Shown here piece by piece: positions 38,847 to 52,800 of a DNA stretch of 64,000 bases (positions within the stretch are counted from its first letter, which is position 1; each line of letters begins with the position of its first letter). A model generated the notes under the pieces. It did not search any database, was not told the DNA's origin, and saw only the letters and a list, made by a program, of their open reading frames with translations. Source of the DNA: Eledone cirrhosa (lineage: Eukaryota); the NCBI GenBank assembly GCA_964016885.1, contig OZ024743.1, forward strand, positions 66,650,001 to 66,714,000, in the 5' to 3' direction. Both the position numbers and the translations under genes were made by a program.

Positions 38847-39015
38847 AGGATAGAAAGAAATAAGGATAGAGTGTAAAAAAGAAGGAAAGAAAGAAAGACG
38901 AAACCATTATCACAACCATCCAATGGTGTATCAATACCCCTCCCCCCCTTTATGCATATAAATGCATGTATAGTATACTTATATAGTATTATGTATATAT
39001 ATATATATATATATA

Positions 39016-39073
<58 letters not shown>

Positions 39074-39105
39074 TGTATTGTATATGTATATATTACATAT
39101 ATTAC

Positions 39106-39162
<57 letters not shown>

Positions 39163-39169
39163 ATACATC

Positions 39170-39220
<51 letters not shown>

Positions 39221-40466
39221 GACTGTATTGTATATGTATATTTATTATATATATTAGAGTTTAGACTAGCAGAAAAACCACCCCTCGGGTGGTTTTCTGC
39301 TAGCATGTGTAGTGTGTATATTGATATTATACGCAGTATATATACACGTGGATATGATACATCAAATAAAATCGTAATTGACAATATACACAGAAATTAA
39401 ACGAAGACTGCGTTACACTGTCTTATATAATCAGTAACGTAATCCATGATACATTAAAAAAAGACGATATTATATATAAACTGCATTAGGAGAAAATTAG
39501 TGACAGAAATATATACTCATAATAGTTATATACTCATACATATAGATGTATCTATGTGCACAATCATACGCATCAGGTGTAGAAAATCATAATCTCTCTC
39601 ATCACACACTCTCTCTTTTTATATATATGGTAGTGGAAGTGGTGGTGGTGGTGACGATATACCGGAAGTGCAACTTTGAAAAGAAGTCAATTTTAAATTA
39701 TTTACTTTTACGAAATTATTTTTGTTTACGAAATTGAGTAGATAAATTATGTAATATTCATTCATTATTTATTCAAAGTAATCCAACTTATTTTACAATC
39801 AGGATAACAAAAATTAAACCGTACGCAATCCAGCAGACGTTCCTTTATTATAGGTTAGATATACATATAAATATATATATATATACGTGAGTGTATAGTA
39901 TATGTATATATATATATATGTCAACATATCTATATATGTTTTTTGTGTATGTTGGGCATCGATGGGTTTCAACGACAAGGGTCAGATTTGATGCAATCAA
40001 CAGAACAACCTCCTTGTGAAATTCCGTTCAAGTGGCTGAGTATTCCACAGACATGTATACTCTTAAAGTTACTGAGAATTTTACGATGTTAGTCTTTTTA
40101 TTTCTTATTCTCCAACTGTGAAGCCTGGTACAGCGTGAAATAAAATGATAAAATTAAGGACACAGCTCGCCAACGGGAAACGAATTCACGATTGTGATGC
40201 GGACGCCCGAAGCATAAGCCACATATCTTCATATATATATATATATATATACACTTGCTACCGTATATACATATAAGTTGTATTAATAATTATTTCGTAG
40301 AACCCACGAGAATATTTACTTAGTATTTAAATTTAGCCAAGGACTGTAAGAAATTGAAATGCGTAATTATGAGTAGTGTAGAAAAATAGTTTAGCTTACG
40401 AGGTCGATAAAATAAAGTATCAGTAATGCACTGGGTAATTGCTGGCCTTGTGCCAAAAGTAGAAAC

Positions 40467-40525
<59 letters not shown>

Positions 40526-41084
40526 TATACATATGTATATATACATACATACATATACGCCGCATATATATACATATACATACACATGCATTTATATATA
40601 TAATTTATATATACTTATATATATAATTTATATATACACATAATTGTTTCTACTTTTGGCACAAGGCCAGCAATAACCTAGTACATTACTGGTACTTTAT
40701 TTTATCGACCCCGTAATGATGAAATAATTAACAGATGAAGCTTGTCGAATAGTATTGACATAGTTTCGGTCGTTTCCTCATATATATGGCTGTGTATGTA
40801 TGTATGTATGTATGTATGTATGTATGTATGTATGTATGTGTGTATGTAGGTATGTAGTTAGGTAGGTTGGTAGGTATATATGTCGGTAGGTAGGTATAAA
40901 TATATATTTATGTACATACAGGTGTTTTTTAAATATCTTTTGATATATATTTACGTTGTATAGAAATTATTCAATAGCGTGACTAGAGCTAAAATAATTG
41001 AATCTAATGTGTATGTAAGAATATTAATAAGAATATTAAAATAAATTACACTTTTACCCGATAAGGAGATGTAGAATGTCTCCT

Positions 41085-42700
41085 GGGAATGTTCTGATTC
41101 TCACCACAGTCCACCAAGGTGTCCATAAGGTAGTATATTATTTAAGGATGCTCCGACTACAGTCCAGAAAACTGTTCATGATACATACCACATCATCTGG
41201 GGTTTGCTCAGACCACAGTCCAGCAAATTGAATATATTAAATTCCATATCATACTGGATTGCGTAGACCACAGTCCACCAAATTGTCCACAATATGCGTC
41301 GTATCATCTGGAGATTGCTGAGATCACTGTCCATCAAATTGGCTAAAATAAATTCCATATCATACTGGATTCCGTAGACCATAATGCACCAAATTGTCCA
41401 TAATAGGTATCATATCATCTAGAAATTGCTCGGACCACTGACCATCAAATTGGCTATAATAAGTACCGTATTTTCAATTGCTCAGAACACTGTCCACCAT
41501 TCAAACTGTCGATAACATGTTTTATATAATTTAGGATTTCTCAGACCACAGTCCATGAAACTGTCCATATTAAGCACTGATATTAAGCATGATCTGAAGC
41601 TGCTCAGATCATATTCCATCAAATGTCCATAACATCTGGTATTACTCAGACCACTCTCCACCCAGCTGTCCATAACAGATATCACATCTGGGATTATTCA
41701 GGCTACTTCCCACCAAATTGTTGATAATATGTACGATATCACCGGGAATTGCTCAGACCGCAGTCCATCATGTAAGCTGTTTACAATTGATACCAAACTC
41801 TCCATAACTGGGTTCATATTATTTGGGATTATGATGTAGATCAGAGTCCTCTAAATATTCTTTAACTGATGCCATATTATCTCAGATTGCTCAGACCACA
41901 GTCCATTCAGCTCTTCAAAGTAGATGTTATATCATTTGGGATAATTTCAACCACAGTTCGACAAATTCACCAAAATAAATACTCTTTCATTTTGGATTAT
42001 TAAGACCACTGTCCACCAAGCAACTTGTCGTAAGTACCACATCATTTGGGGTTTCTCACACCACAGTCCATTCAATCTTTCATAATAGATGAGATAAAAT
42101 CTGGGATTACTCATACCATAGCTCACCAACTTGACCACAATAACTTCCACATCATCTGAAGTTATTCAGACAAATGTCCAGTAAATTGTCCATAATCTGA
42201 GATTAGACCACAGTTCACCAGTTTGGCCATAAGAAGTACCTTATTATCTGGTATAGTTCAGACCATAGTCCACCGAATTGACCATAATATGGGCCATACA
42301 GTCCAGAAAATTGATCATTATAGCCATGTACCATATCTCTGGGATTATTTCGCATAAAGTCCAGAAAAATGGACATAAAATGTACTATATCATCTGGGAT
42401 TGACCTCAAGCAAACTGTCAGTAATATATATATACCTCATCATCTGGGATTACTCAGACCACAGTCCACTCAGCTGTCCCATAGTTGATGCCATATCACC
42501 TGGGATTCCAACAGTCCATCCATAGTTCACACATGTCAGGTGCACGTCAAAGATCATCTCGGAATGTCCAGTCTCAGACCAGTGTCCACCAATTATCCGC
42601 CATGATGTCATTATCTGGGAATCTTCATAATGACTAGTTCTGTCCAGATCAAACCGGATTAGACCAGATTAGAGTCCACACCCAATTGCCTTGTTTCACT
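41085..42700. repeat. Old, diverged ~55-bp tandem array (about 28 units)
   Basis: Approximate consensus CATATCATCTGGGATTGCTCAGACCACAGTCCACCAAATTGTCCATAA; CAGTCC-like anchors at 41107, 41160, 41216, 41271, 41327. Confidence 0.8.
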
Positions 42701-43189
42701 GTGTCACCGGATCTATAATTATGTTGTCTGTGTGTCTATGTGTGTATGTGTGATGAAGGTGGGTGTGTGTCTATGTGTGTGCATGTGATGACTGACGGGG
42801 TGTATGGCTGTGTTTGTGTGTGAACACTGGTGGGGTGTGTGGCTGTGTATGTATGAGGACTGATGGGGTGCGTGGTTATGTGTGTTTGAGAGGACTGGTA
42901 GGGTGTGTGGCTGTGTATGTGTGATGAGTGATGGGGTGTGTTTGTGAGGACTGGTATTTTCTGGGTGTATATGTGTCTATGTGTGTATGATGACTTGTGG
43001 TGTGTGTATGTATGTGTGTGATGATATTTTTTGACGCAGTATAAATTGACTATTATGATGTATATACATGTACGTATTGCCTATTACAATGTATATACAT
43101 GTACGTATTGCCTATTACAATGTATATACATGTATGTATTGTCTATTATGATGTACATGTATGTATTGACTTATGTGTGTATGTATATT

Positions 43190-43390
43190 TAGTGTTTTTC
43201 TCTTAATTTTGAGTTTATTTTCGACTGGTCAGCTTCCCGGCGGCAAGGTTGTAAAGAAAATGATATTTCTCTCGGTCATTGTGCTAGTATTTGTCTATTG
43301 GATCGTACGACTGTTTTACACATTTGGGATGTTCTAGATATCCTGGCCATTTCTAATGAATTAAAGAACTGCGCTCTTTCTACAAGAGTA
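43190..43390 (-). mobile_element. RLE-type LINE 3' end fragment
   Basis: 3' UTR motif TTTACAACCTTGCC.C..GGAAG.TG.C...TC.AAA...ACTC.AAATTAAGAGA is shared with 44885-44948. Confidence 0.55.
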
Positions 43391-43626
43391 TACGTATGTT
43401 TGTATGTATGTATGAATGTATGTATGTATGTTTGTATGTATGTATGTATGTATGTATGTATGTATGTATGTAGGTAGGTAGGTATGCATGTATGTATGTG
43501 TGTATGTATGTATGTATGTATGTATGTATGTATGTATGTATGTATGTATGTGTATATGTATGTATGTATGTACGTATGTACGTATGTACGTACGTACGTA
43601 TGTATGTATGAATGTACGTAGGTATG

Positions 43627-43659
<33 letters not shown>

Positions 43660-43699
43660 TCTTCTGGTTTTATAATTTCACAAAGTTTTACCAATAGAG

Positions 43700-44137
43700 A
43701 GAGAGTCGGTTTCTAACATAGACACAAGACTCTCTCATTGGAATTTACACATCAACTAGGTAGATATGTATGCATATCTGCATGTGTAGATATGGATGTT
43801 ATTGTATGTGTGGATGTGGATGTTTTGAGTTGTATGTGTGCATGTGTATATGCTTTGCATCTGTACATGTGTATATGCAGTTATTAGATGCAACATTTTT
43901 GGAATGTTTTACATATTTTTACTGTTCCATTAATGCATTGTACTTGTAATTTCCTAACTAGTTGTGTTCTTTCTGTTCCTGTGAAGCCTAGCTTGTCAAG
44001 ATTTGTATTGAGGCAGTTACTCACATACCCCAGTGCCCCAATAATCACAGGCATAAATCTGAAGGTGTAATCAGGGTGGATTATCTGCAAGTTTCTCATC
44101 AGTTCTGCATAAATATTCTCCCTTTCACTAATCTTTG
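43700..44137 (-). mobile_element. R4/Dong-like LINE 3' fragment
   Basis: ERENIYAELMRNLQIIHPDYTFRFMPVIIGALGY...GTVKICKTF, homologous to the end of 44960-45448. Confidence 0.75.
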
Positions 44138-44168
<31 letters not shown>

Positions 44169-44204
44169 TGTATGTATGTATGTATGTATGTATGTATGTA
44201 TGTA

Positions 44205-44803
44205 GGTCACCACTTGGTGCTACTGGTAACATGTATTCCAGTACAACCTGTCCCATGGTCGGGTCGTTGGCGACTAAACTGGCAACCCACCAAGGTTTCT
44301 TGGTGAGGAGGGTGACTTTGGTCATCCTGCAGGACTAAAAACAAAACCTGTCAAAGGGCAAAGGAGCTCTTAAGAGTCAATGGTCATCCAAAATCCCCGG
44401 GAGAGATGACCCCTTAGCCTTTGTCAAGGCAGAATTCTAGGAGAAGGAAAACTCTGATATAACACCTGCAACCCTGATGGTATCCAATGATGTTAACTCG
44501 TTCATCTTTTTGGTAAATATCATCTTGGTTAAGTGAGTGGGACTGGGTTTGTGCAGTGCCTTTGCTCACTATAAAAGCTTCACGGCACAGGCATTTCTTT
44601 ATATTTGGAGATCTCTCTGCACTTGTCGTCACATGGTACCATGGGCCCAGCACTGTGTCAATAATTGTCACAAGTGTAGTGTTTGTACCAGAGTTTTCAA
44701 GTCGCTGGCTGGACTAAAAAGTCACACTCATCAGCGCATCGGTAGGCGTTCTCCTACATGGATATAAAGTAGTGGCCGTACTCGAAACGAGTTGGCAGCC
44801 ACC
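44205..44803 (+). mobile_element. RTE-derived bipartite element, copy 2 (longest 5' end)
   Basis: Close match to 7335-7916, followed by an (ATGT)n tail. Confidence 0.75.
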
Positions 44804-44879
44804 ATGTATGTAGGTAGGTATGTATATATGTAGGTATGTATGTATGCATGTATGTATGTACGTACATATGTATGTATGT

Positions 44880-46020
44880 TATCTCTCTCTCTTAATTTCG
44901 AGTATATTTTTTTGACCAGCCACCTTCCTAGTGGCAAGGTTGTAAAAGAAAAGAAATTGTCATCCCTTGAATCGCAAGAATGTTTTCCAAATTTTGAAGG
45001 TGCAAGCTATCGCAACCATTTGTAGACTATGAATTAGGGAGCTGAGCTCTTTGTCCGCAAATCCAAGTTCAGTCATACTTTGGTCCAAGCGGGTTGGTAT
45101 ATAACCCGTAGCTCCAATAATGATGGGTATGAAGCTAAAGGTGTATCTTGGATACTGGATTTGTAAACTCCTCATCAATGGTCCGTAGATGTCCTCCTTC
45201 TCCTGTATTTTTCTGACAACGTTTACATCAAGTGGGCAGTTGATCTCCACAACAGAACACGTTTTCAATGTGTGGTCCCAAACAACAATATCAGGCCGGT
45301 TGTGCTTTAATTTGGTGGCAGTTTTTATTTTCAGGTTCCACCAGTATTCCTTAGTACCATCTGTCTCAATATATTCTTCCTCATTTGATGTTAATTTTGT
45401 TTTCCGAAGTGCGTTCCAGATGGTTCTAGCTATCCCATCGTGTCTCATGGGAGGTAGTAGCGAGATGACATTCTTTCGCAGCTGGCAACAATGTAGCTTA
45501 CATCCTCGATCTTTGTTTTACATAGCCTACATTTATTGTCAGCTGATGGCGCTCCCCTTTTGTGCAGCAGATATTTGGTAGGGAGTTCTTGTTTCTGTAT
45601 TGCATAGAGATATCCCTCAAGATGTGATGTCATAAACTTGTCGGAACTCCATGCCAGGCTTTTAGAGTGGTTTATCCCCTCTATGGTCTGTGTTTTACGT
45701 CTCAAGTATCCATGCACAACTTTTTCTATAAATTGGTCAATTTTTTCATCTTGTTTGAACATTGAATAGGATCTTCCGATTACTCTGGGTGAGAGATTTA
45801 TATCAGGCTTTATTCCATATCTCTCCTCCTGATCAGTGGCTATTCTAATGATTTTCTTTTTTCATGCTCATAAACCTGGGCAAGATGGTTGCCAACCTTT
45901 TTCCTCTATTGAAGATGTTGCTTCAGTGTTACTATCCGGGTCTCATATGATGTTAATATGGATTTTAGACCCCGGCCACCTTCCTTACGTGAGAAGTATA
46001 GCCTATCCACATCACCACTA
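44880..46020 (-). mobile_element. R4/Dong-like site-specific LINE 3' portion (post-RT region, zinc knuckle, restriction-like endonuclease)
   Basis: RLYFSRKEGGRGL, EGYLYAIQKQELPTKY, CRLC..KIEDVSYIVASC, RHDGIA, RPDIVVWD...VEINCP, KEDIY, PIIIGATG. Frameshifted. Confidence 0.85.
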
Positions 46021-46065
46021 TGTATGTATATACGTACGTACGTACTTATGTATGTATGTATGTAT

Positions 46066-46593
46066 GGCAACCCCACCAAGATTTCTTGGTGAGGAGGGTG
46101 ACTTTGGACATCCTGCAGGACTAAAAACAAAACCTGTCAAAGGGCAAAGGAGCTCTTAAGAGTCAATGGCCATCCAAAATCACCGGGAGAGATGACCCCT
46201 TAGCCTTTGTCAAGGCAGAATTCTAGGAGAAGGAAAACTCTGATATAACACCTACAACCCTGATGGTATCCAATGATGTTGACTTGTTCTTCTTTTTGGT
46301 AAATATCATCTTGGTTAAGAGAGTGGGACTGGCTTTGTGCAGTGCCTTTGCTCACTATAAAAGCTTCACGGCACAGGCATTGCTTTATATTTGGAGATCT
46401 CTCTGCACTTGTCGTCACATGGTACCATAGGCCCAAAACTATGTGTCAATAATTGTCACAAGTGTAATGTTTGTACCAGAGCTTTCAAGTCGCTGGCTGG
46501 ACTAAAAAGTCACACTCGTTCAGCGCATCGGTAGGGGTTCTCCTACATGGATATAAAGTAGTGGCCGTACTCGAAAACGAGTTGGCAGCCACC
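46066..46593 (+). mobile_element. RTE-derived bipartite element, copy 3
   Basis: Close match to copies 1 and 2, 5'-truncated, with (ATGT)n tail. Confidence 0.75.
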
Positions 46594-46750
46594 ATGTATG
46601 TATGTATGTATGTATGTATGTATGTATGTATGTATGTATGTATGTATGTATGTACGTACGTATGACTGTATGCAAGTATGTACGTATGTATGTATGTATG
46701 TACGTACGTATGTATGCATGTATGTATGTATGTACGTATGTATGTATGTA

Positions 46751-46921
46751 CGTCAGGTTTTGTTTTTTGTCCTGCAGGGTGTCCAATATCACCCTCCTCA
46801 CCAAGTAAACGTGGTGGGGTTGCCGGTTTAGTCGCCGACGACCAGACCATGCGACAGGTTGTACTGGGTTACATGTTACCAGTAGGCGGAAGAACTCATA
46901 AGAGTCAACGGCCATCCAAAA
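46751..46921. mobile_element. Inverted 5' fragment of the RTE-derived element
   Basis: 46751-46885 is the reverse complement of the element's 5' end. 46886-46921 continues with the next consensus segment in forward orientation. Confidence 0.65.
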
Positions 46922-46962
46922 GTGTGTGTATATGTATATACACATGTACATATGTATCTATA

Positions 46963-47308
46963 TGCGCGGGGACATAGAAATAGTCGGGCTGGACACCCGA
47001 TCACGCGGTTAAACCACTGGGAGTGAATGACTCCTAGCCTTTGTCAGGGCATTCTTCTAGGAGAAGGCAACTCAGGAAACTGGGTTAACTCCGATATAAA
47101 ACCTGCGGCTCAGTAGTTACCGATGATGTTGATCTTTTCTTCTTTTCGGGTTATAGCTACTGTCGCTCGGAGAGTGGGATTGGCTCAGTGCAGTCTTTCC
47201 TCACTTTAAAAAATATGCACAGGTATTGCACGATAGAATGAATTAATAATTATTAATAATAGTATATCGTGCAATGGCCATACTCGGTAACGAGGGGGCA
47301 GCCATCAT
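46963..47308 (+). mobile_element. Second RTE-derived short element family
   Basis: Has TAGCCTTTGTCA.GGCA...CTAGGAGAAGGCAACTC and the 3' end GGCCATACTCG..AACGAG..GGCAGCCA like copies 1-3, but no zinc-finger segment. Confidence 0.6.
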
Positions 47309-47486
47309 GTATGTACGTACGTATATACGTATGTATGTATGAATGTATGTATGTATCTACCTATGTACGTATCTATATATGTATGTATGTATGTATGTGT
47401 GTATTTGTGTGTGTATGCACGTATGTATGCATATGTATGTATCTTTGTATGTTTATGGATATGTATGGTTTGTATGTGTGTGTATC

Positions 47487-47520
<34 letters not shown>

Positions 47521-48814
47521 TGTATGTATGTATGTATGTATGTATGTATGTATGTATGTACGTACGTATGTATGCATGTGTGTATGTATATATGAAGGTC
47601 TTTTGGTTTGTATGTTTATGTATATGTATTTATGTATATGTATGCATGTATTTATATATGTAAGTATATGTGTGTGTATCTAAATATGTATGCACGCATG
47701 TGTATGTTCGTATGTGACAGCTGGTATCTGTAGATGTGTATGTGTGTGGGATGACTAGTACATAAATGTGTGTATGCGGTGCAAAAATCTAGATGTATGT
47801 GTGTGTTTGATAATTGCTGCCTGTATGTGTTTATGTGAAACATGGTATACCTGTCTGCGTATGTATGTGCTTGCAGCTTGTATGTATATGATGACTGGTG
47901 TGTGAAAATGTGTGTGTTGACTTGTGTGTGTATATGTGTCGTCAAACGTGTGTATGATCATTAGTGTGTGTATATGTGTGTCTGATCAATGGTGTGTTTA
48001 TGTGTGTATCAATTGTGTGTATATTTAATGGCGCATGTGTATGTCTGTGAATAATCGTATGTGTGTGTATGAGTGTAATCAATGGTGTGTGTGTGCGCGC
48101 TGTGAGATTAATGGCGTGTGTAGTCAATGGTTTTTGTGTATGTGTCTTTATTTGTGTTTGCAACAATATATGTGACTCATTCGCACACATAGGACATTGA
48201 TCTAAGGACAGGGCGTTTGCATTTATTATTTATTCAAGGACAAAATATATGGCACAGTATGTGGCCATTTATGTGGCTCTATATTTTTTAAGGGCCTCTG
48301 AGATTGATGGATAGAAGGGGGAATGTAAAGTTATCTAGAACCTAGAGACAGCCAACGTTCTTGCAACAGACTGAACCCTGTGACCAAGTGTGCGTGTGTG
48401 TGGGGGGGGGGGGAGTGTTATATGGAATGATAGATTAAGTCTAGCATACAAGAACTCTGAATGCAAAGAGCCGGAACAAATACCGCATGACATCGTGTTA
48501 TACGCTCTAATGATTCTACCAATTCAGCGCCCTGGACAAATACATACTTCTATCGACCTTAACAGGTTGAAAGGAAAAGTTGACCATAGCGGGATTTCAA
48601 TTTAAAGAGCAGAGAGCCACAAGAAATACCACAAGGTCACTCGTCCATAGCTCTAACGATTTCACCAGCTCACTGCTCTGGACAAGAACTTAATTCTATC
48701 GACTATAACAGTTTGAAAGAAAAAGTTGACCGCAATGGACTTTGAGCTCAGAAAGATGCGAGCCAGAACAACGATTGGACCTTTGAATTATAAGAACCAT
48801 CCATCTTGTATTAT

Positions 48815-48997
48815 AATTGGCAGTATCGGTAGAGGGTCGGACGCCGTGCTTTGAAGCATAGAGTTACGGCCCTTGCTATTCTGAGTTCAAATCCCGCCGA
48901 GGTTAACATTGCCTTTCATCATTACGTGGTCGATAAAATAAAGAACCAGTAATGCACTGGTGAATTGCTGGCCTTGTGCCAAAAGTAGAAACAATTA
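48815..48997 (+). mobile_element. Nin/Deu-like tRNA SINE (sense copy)
   Basis: TGGCAGTATCGGTAG (A-box-like), GAGTTCAAATCCC (B-box), then GCCTTTCATC..ACG.GGTCGATAAAAT. Confidence 0.75.
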
Positions 48998-49415
48998 TAA
49001 TATAAATGATTGAGTGTTCCATACAATTAACCCCCAAATGGAATCAGCGTGATATAATAGATGACAAGGCTGATTTGGGTCGATTTGGGTTGACTCAGGA
49101 CTACGGTAAATATCATACAGGTGGATTGAACCCGGTACCTCATGATTGCAAAGCAAACTTTTTAACCAGTCAGCTAGTGGTCGTAGTTTACAGAAGAAAC
49201 AACCACTGTTAATAAAGAGGTCGTAACGTGTATATATCTAATAGTTAATGCGCAATATGACTAAAGCAACAAACAGAGAGGGGGGGGGGGGGTCAGAAAG
49301 AAAGAGAAAGTGATAGAAGACGCTATTGAAGGAGTGGGGGGCGGGTTTATCATTTGAAGTTAACTAAAATTATATATATATATATAATTATATATATATA
49401 CACACACACATACAG

Positions 49416-49465
<50 letters not shown>

Positions 49466-49899
49466 TCATATATATATGTATATACATATGTGTGTGTGTA
49501 TACACCTATACATATATGCACATACACAAACATACATGTATATGTGTGTGGGGGGTTTGGGTGTGCATGTAGATATAAATATATAACAAAGGTGAGGTGA
49601 GGTTGTGTGGGTAGTAGTAGATGCAGTGGTGCAGATGGGGATGTGCAAGGTTACGGAGGAGGGTAAACTGGTTGTTGGAAACATCACTGCGCATATATGC
49701 AGATATGTGCACATATGTGCAGATATGTGCATATATGTGCATATATTTGCAAGTATTACAAGTGATAACGATAACGATAAAACCAAAGTAGTCTCTCTAG
49801 CATCGACATCACCACCATCATCACCAACACTAGCGCTGCAACACCACCACTACCACCACCATCACAAGCCCCGTCACACCATCACCACCACCACTACCA

Positions 49900-52800
49900 C
49901 CATCATCACAAACACTAGCGCTGTTACGCCACCACCACCACCACTACCACCACCACCACCAACACTAGCGCCGCTATCCTACCACCAATAACACCACCAT
50001 CACCACCACTAGCGCCGCTACCCTACCACCACTAACACCACCATTACCAACACTAGCGCCAATATCCTACCACCACTAACACCACCATTACCAACACTAG
50101 CGCCAATACCCTACCACCACTAACACCACCATCATAACCACTAGCGCCGCTACCCTACCACCACTACCACCACCATTACCAACACTAACGCCGCTACCCT
50201 ACCACCACTAACACCACCATTACCAACACTAGCGCCAATACCCTACCACCACTACCACCACCATTACCAACACTAGCGCCAATACCCTACCACCACTAAC
50301 ACCACCATTACCAACACTAGCGCCAATACCCTACCACCACTAACAACACCATCATAACCACTAGCGCCGCTACCCTACCACCACTAACACCACCATTACC
50401 AACACTAGCGCCAATACCCTACCTCCACTAACACCACCATTACCAACACTAGCGCCAATACCCTACCACCACTAACACCACCATTACCAACACTAGCGCC
50501 AATACCCTACCACCACTAACAACACCATTACCAACACTAGCGCCAATACCCTACCACCACTAACACCACCATCATAACCACTAGCGCCAATACCCTACCA
50601 CCACTAACACCACCATCATAACCACTAGCGCCAATACCCTACCACCACTAACACCACCATTACCAACACTAGCGCCAATACCCTACCACCACTATCACCA
50701 CCATTACCAACACTAGCGCCAATATCCTACCACCACTACCACCACCATTACCAACACCAGCGCCGCTACACTACCACCACTAACACCAGCATCACCAACA
50801 CTAGCGCCGCGACCCTACCACCAATAACACCACCATTACCAACACTAGCGCCAATACCCTACCACCACTACCACCACCATTACCAACACTAGCGCCAATA
50901 CCCTACCACCACTAACACCACCATTACCAACACTAGCGCCAATAACCTACCACCACTAACACCACCATTACCAACACTAGCGCCAATATCCTACCACCAC
51001 TACCACCACCATTACCAACACCAGCGCCGCTACCCTACCACCACTACCACCACCACCACCAACACTAGCGCCGCTATCCTACCACCAATAACACCACCAT
51101 TACCAACACTAGCGCCAATACCCTACCACCACTACCACCACCACCACCAACACTAGCGCCGCTATCCTACCACCAATAACACCACCATTACCAACACTAG
51201 CGCCAATAACCTACCACCATTACCACCACCATTACCAACACTAGCGCCAATACCCTACCACCACTAACACCACCATCATAACCACTAGCGCCGCTACCCT
51301 ACCACCACTACCACCACCATTACCAACACTAACGCCGCTACCCTACCACCACTAACACCACCATTACCAACACTAGCGCCAATACCCTACCACCACTACC
51401 ACCACCATTACCAACACTAGCGCCAATACCCTACCACCACTAACACCACCATTACCAACACTAGCGCCAATACCCTACCACCACTAACACCACCATCATA
51501 ACCACTAGCGCCGCTACCCTACCACCACTAACACCACCATTACCAACACTAGCGCCAATACCCTACCACCACTACCACCACCATTACCAACACTAGCGCC
51601 AATACCCTACCACCACTACCACCACCATTACCAACACTAGCGCGAATACCCTACCACCACTAACACCACCATCATAACCACTAGCGCCGCTACCCTACCA
51701 CCACTAACACCACCATTACCAACACTAGCGCCAATACCCTACCACCACTAACACCACCATTACCAACACTAGCGCCAATACCCTACCACCACTACCACCA
51801 CCATTACCAACACTAGCGCCAATACCCTACCACCACTAACACCACCATCATAACCACTAGCGCCAATACCCTACCACCACTAACACCACCATTACCAACA
51901 CTAGCGCCAATACCCTACCACCACTAACACCACCATCATAACCACTAGCGCCAATACCCTACCACCACTAACACCACCATTACCAACACTAGCGCCAATA
52001 CCCTACCACCACTAACACCACCATCATAACCACTAGCGCCAATACCCTACCACCACTAACACCACCATTACCAACACTAGCGCCAATACCCTACCACCAC
52101 TAACACCACCATTACCAACACTAGCGCCAATACCCTACCACCACTACCACCACCATTACCAACACTAGCGCCAATACCCTACCACCACTAACACCACCAT
52201 TACCAACACTAGCGCCAATACCCTACCACCACTAACACCACCATCATAACCACTAGCGCCAATACCCTACCACCACTAACACCACCATTACCAACACTAG
52301 CGCCAATACCCTACCACCACTAACACCACCATCATAACCACTAGCGCCAATACCCTACCACCACTAACACCACCATTACCAACACTAGCGCCAATACCCT
52401 ACCACCACTAACACCACCATCATAACCACTAGCGCCAATACCCTACCTCCACTAACACCACCATTACCAACACTAGCGCCAATACCCTACCACCACTAAC
52501 ACCACCATTACCAACACTAGCGCCAATACCCTACCACCACTAACAACACCATTACCAACACTAGCGCCAATACCCTACCACCACTAACACCACCATCATA
52601 ACCACTAGCGCCAATACCCTACCACCACTAACACCACCATCATAACCACTAGCGCCAATACCCTACCACCACTAACACCACCATTACCAACACTAGCGCC
52701 AATACCCTACCACCACTACCACCATTATACCAACACTAGCGCCAATATCCTACCACCACTACCACCACCATTACCAACACCAGCGCCGCTACCCTACCAC

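Noticed and set aside
37443-39400. Many YI/CV/HT-rich ORFs (also elsewhere in the window)
   Set aside because: Translations of (TA)n, (TG)n and (TATG)n microsatellites.
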